Positions 58,790-64,000 of a DNA stretch of 64,000 nucleotides are shown here, piece by piece. The notes under the pieces are model-generated. The model ran no database searches. It saw only the letters and a program-made list of their open reading frames with translations, and was not told the origin of the DNA. The position numbers and the translations under genes were made by a program. The stretch comes from Coriobacteriia bacterium (GTDB lineage: Bacteria; Actinomycetota; Coriobacteriia; Anaerosomatales; PALSA-660), in NCBI GenBank assembly GCA_025361335.1, contig JANYAK010000022.1, positions 21,737 to 85,736 on the forward strand, in the 5' to 3' direction. The stretch's first letter is position 1, and each line of letters opens with the position of its first letter.

Positions 58790-60508
58790 TCACTCGCCCC
58801 CGGCCTGCGCCTCCGGGGGAGGCTCCATCTCGTAGATCGCATTCCCGAATGTGACCTTGGGCCGGACCCGGGACGCGGACGAGATCGACACGTCGACGAG
58901 CGCCGGGGAGGAGGGATCGCCGAACAGCCATTCGATTGCGTCGCCGGTGCCGTCTTCTTCGTCGAGACGCCGCGCGGGCACTCCGAACGCCTCGGCCACC
59001 GCCACGAAGTCGGGTGCTCCGTAGCCCCACGCCGTCGACTGGTAGCGCGCATCGAAGTACTCGTCCTGGAACTGGCGCACCATGCCCAGGCAGTGGTTGT
59101 TGAACACGACGATCTTGGCGGGGAGGCCCAAGCGGGCGATGGTCTCGAGTTCCTGGATGTTGACCTGCATCCCGCCGTCGCCCGAGACGACCACGACCGG
59201 TCTGCCGGGTACGGCGAGAGCGACGCCGGCGGCGGCCGGCAACGCGAATCCCATGGCGCCCAGGCCCGCCGAACTGAGGAAGCGCTGATCCGGGCCGAGC
59301 CTCAGGGACTGGGCGGCCCACATCTGGTTCTGCCCGACGTCCGCAACGAACGCGGAGGCCTGCCCCGCCCGCTCGGATAGGACGTGCAGGAAACGGGCCG
59401 GATTCACGCCCGGCAGATCGGTGAGCTCGTTCTCGTCCGGGAATCGTTCGCGCAGGGCCGCGATCTCGCTGCGCCATCCGGTCCGCACCGGCCGCGACTC
59501 CGAGCCCTTCGCCTCCGCGATGGCCGCCCTGAGGAAGGCGCCCGCGTCGGCCTCGACCGACAGGACCCCGTCCATGCCGCCGTCAAGCTCCGCCGGATCG
59601 ACGTCGATCCTCACGAACCGCTTGCCGGCCGCGAACCCGTTCCGGTCGCTGCCGGTCTGACGAACGTCCAGCCGGCTCCCGATGACGCAGACCATGTCCG
59701 CGCGGCCCAGCGCCAGGTTCGCCCACCTGTTGCCGTACGTCCCGATCATGCCTACGTGCAGCGGGTCGTTCGACGGGACGGCGTCGACGCCCAGCAGCGA
59801 GACCACCACCGGCACGTCCATCAGACGCGCGAACTCGCGAAGCGCATCAGTCGCGCGAGCAGTGCGCACGCCGCCACCGACGAGCAGGAGGGGGCGTTCG
59901 GCGCGGGATATGGCGTCAAGCGCGGCTTGGGCCTGCGGAAGCGACGGCTCCCGCACGGAGGGCGGGGTGAACGCGCCCGCGGACTCGTCCGCCTCCCCCC
60001 TTTGCACATCCATGGGGATGTCGAGAAGCACGGGGCCCGGACGTCCCGAGAGTGCCAGGGCGAACGCCTCATCGATGGCCGCCCCGACCCCGGCGGGATC
60101 GTCCAGAAGGCGCGCGCCCTTGGTGACGCCTCGCGCCAACGACACGATGTCCGTCTCCTGGAAGCCGACCTGGCGCACCTTCCTGGCACCGCGAAGCTCG
60201 TTGCGGTTCACCTGCCCGGTGATGAAGACCGCCGGCACCGAGTCGAACCAGCAACTCGCAATCCCGGTCAGAAGGTTCGTCGCACCGGGTCCGCTCGTGG
60301 CCATCGCGACCCCCGGGATGCCGGTCATGCGGGCGCCTGCCTCCGCGGCGAACGCGGCGGCCTGCTCGTGGTGCATGCTCACGACATCGATCTCCGAACG
60401 TTCGCCGAGCGCGTCGAGAAGGTGCGTGATCATCCCGCCGCACATCTCGAAGACGCGCGGCACTCCGTGCCGGACGAGGCGATCGACGATGACGCGCGCG
60501 GCCTTCAT
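58790..60508 (-). CDS. Thiamine-diphosphate enzyme, acetolactate-synthase large-subunit/YerE-like (paralogue 2)
   Basis: ORF trimmed to ATG 60508 (TGATG 1-nt overlap with the upstream stop). MHHEQAAAFAAEAGARMTG, SGPGATNLLTGIASCWFDSVPAVFITGQV, GDGGMQVNIQEL. Confidence 0.85.
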   Translation of the reverse strand: MKAARVIVDRLVRHGVPRVFEMCGGMITHLLDALGERSEIDVVSMHHEQAAAFAAEAGARMTGIPGVAMATSGPGATNLLTGIASCWFDSVPAVFITGQVNRNELRGARKVRQVGFQETDIVSLARGVTKGARLLDDPAGVGAAIDEAFALALSGRPGPVLLDIPMDVQRGEADESAGAFTPPSVREPSLPQAQAALDAISRAERPLLLVGGGVRTARATDALREFARLMDVPVVVSLLGVDAVPSNDPLHVGMIGTYGNRWANLALGRADMVCVIGSRLDVRQTGSDRNGFAAGKRFVRIDVDPAELDGGMDGVLSVEADAGAFLRAAIAEAKGSESRPVRTGWRSEIAALRERFPDENELTDLPGVNPARFLHVLSERAGQASAFVADVGQNQMWAAQSLRLGPDQRFLSSAGLGAMGFALPAAAGVALAVPGRPVVVVSGDGGMQVNIQELETIARLGLPAKIVVFNNHCLGMVRQFQDEYFDARYQSTAWGYGAPDFVAVAEAFGVPARRLDEEDGTGDAIEWLFGDPSSPALVDVSISSASRVRPKVTFGNAIYEMEPPPEAQAGGE

Positions 60509-61836
60509 CAGGCCGACACGGTGGTGGTGATGGTCGATGCCATGTAGTCGAGCATCTCCTGCGTCATGCCGGGGTAGACGCCCACCCACAGCGAATCCCG
60601 CATGATGCGGTCGGTGTTGGTCAGCTCGCCCACGACGCGATATCCCTCGCCGCGCTCGCGCATCCCGTCAAAGCACGGATGGCGCGTCAGGTTCCCTGCG
60701 AACAGCGCGCGAGTCTGCACCTTCGCGTCCTCCAGCGCGCGCACGAGCGCGTCGCGCGTGACGCCCGAGCCCTCGCGCACCGTCATGAGGAAGCCGAACC
60801 ATGACGGGTCGGAGCCCGGGGTCGGCTCCGGCAGGACGAGCGTGTCGCCGAGCGGGGCGAGCGCATCGCGCAGGTACGCCCAGTTCCGCTTGCGGGCCTC
60901 GGTGAAGCCGGGGAGCTTTTCGAGCTGGGCGCAGCCGATCGCCGCCTGCATGTCGGTGGCCTTCAGGTTGAACCCGAACTCCGAGTAGACGTACTTATGG
61001 TCGTAGCCGAACGGCAAGGTGCCGTGCTGCTGCTCGAACCGCTTGCCACAGCTGTTGTCGCGCCCCGACGGGCACCAGCAGTCGCGACCCCAGTCGCGCA
61101 TGGACAGTGCGATCTTGGCGAGCGTCTCGTCGCTGGTGTAGACGGCGCCGCCTTCGCCCATGGTCATGTGGTGCGGCGGGTAGAAGCTCGACGTACCCAG
61201 GTCGCCGAACGACCCGGTGAGCCTGCCCTCGTAGCGCGAGCCAAGCGCGTCGCAGTTGTCCTCGACGAGCCACAGGTCGTGGCCATCGCAGAAGTCGCGG
61301 ACGGCGCGCACCTCGAACGGGTTGCCGAGCGTATGGGCGAGCATGACCGCCTTGGTGCGCGGCGAGAGCGCGGCCTCGAGCGCAGAGACGTCGACGTTGG
61401 CCGTCTCGAGTCTCACGTCCACGAAGACCGGCACGGCGCCGAACTGCACGATCGGGGCGACGGTCGTCGGGAAGCCGGCGGCGACCGTTATGACCTCGTC
61501 ACCGGCCCTCACTCTCCGCTCCCCGAGCCGTTCGGAGGTGAGCGTCGCGAATGCCAGCAGGTTCGCAGAAGAGCCCGAGTTGACGAGCAGGGCTGTCTCC
61601 ACCCCGAGGAAGGAGGCAAGACCCTCTTCGAACCGGGCGGAATAGCGGCCGTAGGTGAGCCAGAAGTCGAGCGACGAATCGACGAGGTTCACCAGCTCCT
61701 TCTCGTCGAAGACGCGTCCCGCGTAGGAGACCCTGGATCGGCCGGGGACGAACCCGTGATCGCGAGCGAACGTAGCCCGGTGGTACTCGCTCACCTTCTC
61801 GAGTATCTCCCGGCGGAGCATATCGGCGTCCGACAT
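60508..61836 (-). CDS. ddhC: PMP/[2Fe-2S]-dependent NDP-6-deoxy-4-hexulose 3-dehydrase (E1; DdhC/RfbH/AscC type)
   Basis: ORF trimmed to ATG 61836 (AAGGAG 9 nt upstream). SFYPPHHMTMGEGG (His replaces the PLP lysine), CWCPSGRDNSC (C-x-C-x7-C cluster motif), LVNSGSSANL, DNCDALGS. Confidence 0.88.
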   Translation of the reverse strand: MSDADMLRREILEKVSEYHRATFARDHGFVPGRSRVSYAGRVFDEKELVNLVDSSLDFWLTYGRYSARFEEGLASFLGVETALLVNSGSSANLLAFATLTSERLGERRVRAGDEVITVAAGFPTTVAPIVQFGAVPVFVDVRLETANVDVSALEAALSPRTKAVMLAHTLGNPFEVRAVRDFCDGHDLWLVEDNCDALGSRYEGRLTGSFGDLGTSSFYPPHHMTMGEGGAVYTSDETLAKIALSMRDWGRDCWCPSGRDNSCGKRFEQQHGTLPFGYDHKYVYSEFGFNLKATDMQAAIGCAQLEKLPGFTEARKRNWAYLRDALAPLGDTLVLPEPTPGSDPSWFGFLMTVREGSGVTRDALVRALEDAKVQTRALFAGNLTRHPCFDGMRERGEGYRVVGELTNTDRIMRDSLWVGVYPGMTQEMLDYMASTITTTVSA

Positions 61837-61876
61837 CCTTGGGGGCTCCTTGTGGTGGGCGTCGTTGCTGAACGAC

Positions 61877-61884
61877 GATTCTAC
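61877..61884 (-). promoter_or_regulatory. -10-like GTAGAATC box about 42 nt upstream of ddhC
   Basis: Plus strand GATTCTAC shares 8 nt with the 14-mer box. A hairpin AGGCC-TTTTCG-GGCCT lies in the -35 position. Confidence 0.3.
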
Positions 61885-61967
61885 CGCAAACGCGCAGGCC
61901 TTTTCGGGCCTCGCCCGCCACGGCGACCCCTCTTCGGGAGCGAGGGATCGGTCGCCTAGGCATCCTG

Positions 61968-61973
61968 TATACT
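61968..61973 (+). promoter_or_regulatory. -10-like TATACT (preceded by TG) about 44 nt upstream of the membrane-protein gene at 62017
   Basis: CCTGTATACTCC lies in the divergent gap 61837..62016. Confidence 0.25.
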
Positions 61974-62016
61974 CCCTGCGTCGGCACGAACCGCAGCCCA
62001 GGAAGGCCCGCCAGGC

Positions 62017-63885
62017 ATGAAGCCCGACTGGTTCGACGCCGTGTTCGAGGGCCGACGCCGGTGGCTCCTGCTCACCGCGGCCAGCCTCCTTGCCTTCTTC
62101 ACGCTCTCCCCGATCCTGCAAGGCGGCTTCTATGCGGACGACGCCAAGAAGTCGCTGCTCTCGGCGCGCTACTTCGCCCTTGTCGGCGGGTCGGTCCTGC
62201 GCAGCATGATCGACTCGCAGGCCTCCTGGATCGTCGGACAAGGGCGGTTCTTCCCCTTGTCGGGCTACGTCGACCTCGTCTTCTACGCGGTCAACGGGAA
62301 CGCGCTCATCTACAAGCTCTTCATCCTGGCTCTCGTCATCGTCGACCTCCTCCTGTTCCGGGTCCTGGTCGTGAAGCTCACCCGCTCGCAGGCGATGGGC
62401 CTGCTCGCGCTCCTGCTGCCGCCGCTCATCTTCCAAGTGCGATACGCCGACGATGCCCTCACGACCTACCAGGGCCTCCTCCAGATCGTGCTGCTCTACA
62501 CGCTCCTCTCGCTGATCGCGCTCGTCGCCCATATCGACACGGGCAAGAGGCGCTACCTCGTTGCGAGCCTCGTGGCGTACGCCGCGAGCCTCCTCACGTA
62601 CGAGGTGGGCATCCCGTTCTTCCTCGTGTTCTGGCTGGTCGCCTACCTGTACCCGCGGCGCCGGCGATTCGCGGACGCCACAAGAACGACATGGCCCTTC
62701 GCCGCGCTGGCCGTGCTCGCAGGTCTGGGCGCGATCGCCATCCGCGCGCGCTACGGCATCCCCGTGACGGCCAGCGCGGGCGGCAGCCCCTACGCCCTCA
62801 ACCTCGATCCGCTCGCCGTGGCCGGCACGCTCGCCAAGCAGACGACGGCCGCGCTCCCGCTCACCTACTACGCCATGTACCTGTACCGTGCGGCGGTCGG
62901 CGCGTGGTCGTCTCCGCCTCTTCCCGGATTCGTCGGAACGATCGTCGCGCAGCCGTTAACATCGGTGGCTCTGGCTGTGGGCTACGGATCGCTCATCTGG
63001 ATCGCGTGCGTGCGAGCTGCGCGGGAGCGGGTCTCCGGGGACCGATCGATATGGCCGTTGCTCGCATCGGTCGGGGGCGGACTCCTCGTGCTTCCGGGCA
63101 CGCTCCTCGCCCTCTCTCCCAAGTACCAGCAAGCGACGTGGGTCAGTTGGGGCGTCGGATACCTGCCCGTGTACATATCGTGTTTCGGCGTCGCCCTGCT
63201 CGCCGTCGCCGGTCTGCAGCCGCTGCTCGCGTCCTCGCTTCCGCGCGTGCGCCGCACGGTCACGGGCGTCGCCATCGCGCTCGCGGCCTTCCTCGGCGTG
63301 CTCGCGTACGGCGACACCGGGAGCGTCATCCAGGGCTGGGCTTCGATCTACGACCACCCCCGCGCGATCGAGATCGCTGCCCTCGAACGCGGGATCATGG
63401 CGCCCCTCGCCGATGGCGCGGCGCTCCTGACCCGCGGCTCGGACTGGGAGACCCCCACGTTGTTCAAGCTCTACGCCGGGAAGAACGTGGGCCCGCTCGG
63501 GTCCTTGGGCGCGCCGGGTGACGACGTCCTCGAGCGAGCGTCCGACTCGACACCCTCGACGGCGGGGATCAGGTACACCTTCGGTCCGGGAGCCGATCTC
63601 CGCGCGCTGGACTTCCAGGGCGTCACGGACCACGACGGGTACGCGACGTTCGGGACGGTGGCGTCGCTCACCGTGGACAGCCAAGGCGCCGTATCCGACG
63701 CGAAGGTCGAGCCGTCACGCGTGTATCTCTCGTGGAGCGAGCGGGCCGCGGCCGCCTCGGGCGCGACCCGCTATGACTCGCTGGCCTCACTGGGGCTCGA
63801 CAAGTCGTCGTGGGTGCGCAAGGGTTCGGGCCCGGGTTGGGCGCTCTACGAGCGGCGCAGCCTCGTGCCTTCCGCCGCTCCGTAG
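62017..63885 (+). CDS. Polytopic membrane protein, GT-C-like, function unknown
   Basis: At least 12 TM segments. Acidic loop after TM1 (LQGGFYADDAKKSL). C-terminal ~200-aa soluble domain. Divergent from the ddhC operon. Confidence 0.7.
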   Translation: MKPDWFDAVFEGRRRWLLLTAASLLAFFTLSPILQGGFYADDAKKSLLSARYFALVGGSVLRSMIDSQASWIVGQGRFFPLSGYVDLVFYAVNGNALIYKLFILALVIVDLLLFRVLVVKLTRSQAMGLLALLLPPLIFQVRYADDALTTYQGLLQIVLLYTLLSLIALVAHIDTGKRRYLVASLVAYAASLLTYEVGIPFFLVFWLVAYLYPRRRRFADATRTTWPFAALAVLAGLGAIAIRARYGIPVTASAGGSPYALNLDPLAVAGTLAKQTTAALPLTYYAMYLYRAAVGAWSSPPLPGFVGTIVAQPLTSVALAVGYGSLIWIACVRAARERVSGDRSIWPLLASVGGGLLVLPGTLLALSPKYQQATWVSWGVGYLPVYISCFGVALLAVAGLQPLLASSLPRVRRTVTGVAIALAAFLGVLAYGDTGSVIQGWASIYDHPRAIEIAALERGIMAPLADGAALLTRGSDWETPTLFKLYAGKNVGPLGSLGAPGDDVLERASDSTPSTAGIRYTFGPGADLRALDFQGVTDHDGYATFGTVASLTVDSQGAVSDAKVEPSRVYLSWSERAAAASGATRYDSLASLGLDKSSWVRKGSGPGWALYERRSLVPSAAP

Positions 63886-64000
63886 AGGGACGACTGCCGG
63901 GAAGTTCACCAAGGCCCGCTTCAGTACCACGTACTCTCCCACTCGCGCTTCCTCGACCCATCCACGCGCGAGGGCGGGTCCGAAGGATGCGCCCACATCG

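Noticed and set aside
61837-62532. N-terminal extension of ORF 60508..62532 (E/D/R-rich)
   Set aside because: It overlaps the plus-strand membrane gene from 62017 and the divergent promoter gap. The E1 dehydrase homology starts at MSDADML (ATG 61836), which has a good AAGGAG site.
63886-64000. Possible 3' end of a minus-strand gene at the right edge (frame ending …SRKREWESTWY* near 63921)
   Set aside because: Only ~25 codons are visible, no motif is recognisable, and several frames are open. It cannot be supported from this window.

Overview
Very GC-rich (roughly two-thirds G+C by eye, not computed), gene-dense bacterial segment with about 53 protein-coding genes. Almost all lie in long minus-strand arrays with 1-8 nt start/stop overlaps. 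The left 6.8 kb holds rex (NADH-sensing repressor), membrane-anchored TPR and NHL-repeat proteins, a secreted 7-haem and a membrane-anchored 12-haem c-type cytochrome, and a B12-binding radical-SAM enzyme that runs off the left edge. The remaining ~57 kb is one very large cell-surface glycan locus. It encodes an initiating polyprenyl-phosphate sugar-phosphate transferase, a Wzy_C/O-antigen-ligase-like protein with a TPR tail, and an MsbA/PglK-type ABC exporter. It also encodes at least 10 GT-A/GT-B glycosyltransferases, five large GT-C-like polytopic membrane proteins (two are 623-aa paralogues), three AT3 acyltransferases, an SGNH hydrolase, a methyltransferase, and lipid-phosphate sugar synthases (Ppm1-like, GtrB-like, GtrA). 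Sugar-nucleotide modules cover dTDP-L-rhamnose (rmlABCD) and GDP-mannose/GDP-fucose (manC, phosphohexomutase, two tandem gmd, fcl). Further modules cover a legionaminic-acid-like nonulosonate (legB, legC, CBS-nucleotidyltransferase, neuB, neuC, SDR, Gfo/Idh/MocA) and an E1-type 3-dehydrase coupled to a YerE-like ThDP enzyme (branched 3,6-dideoxyhexose chemistry). Two adjacent genes (35734-37664) carry single-nucleotide frameshifts. I saw no rRNA, tRNA, CRISPR array, transposase/integrase or recognisable defence genes. Most long alternative-frame ORFs in the track are GC-driven shadow ORFs. All function calls come from motif recognition by eye, not from database searches. The candidates most worth follow-up are the Rex-cytochrome module, the incomplete/extended nonulosonate operon, the E1+ThDP pair, and the uncharacterised membrane-protein paralogues.
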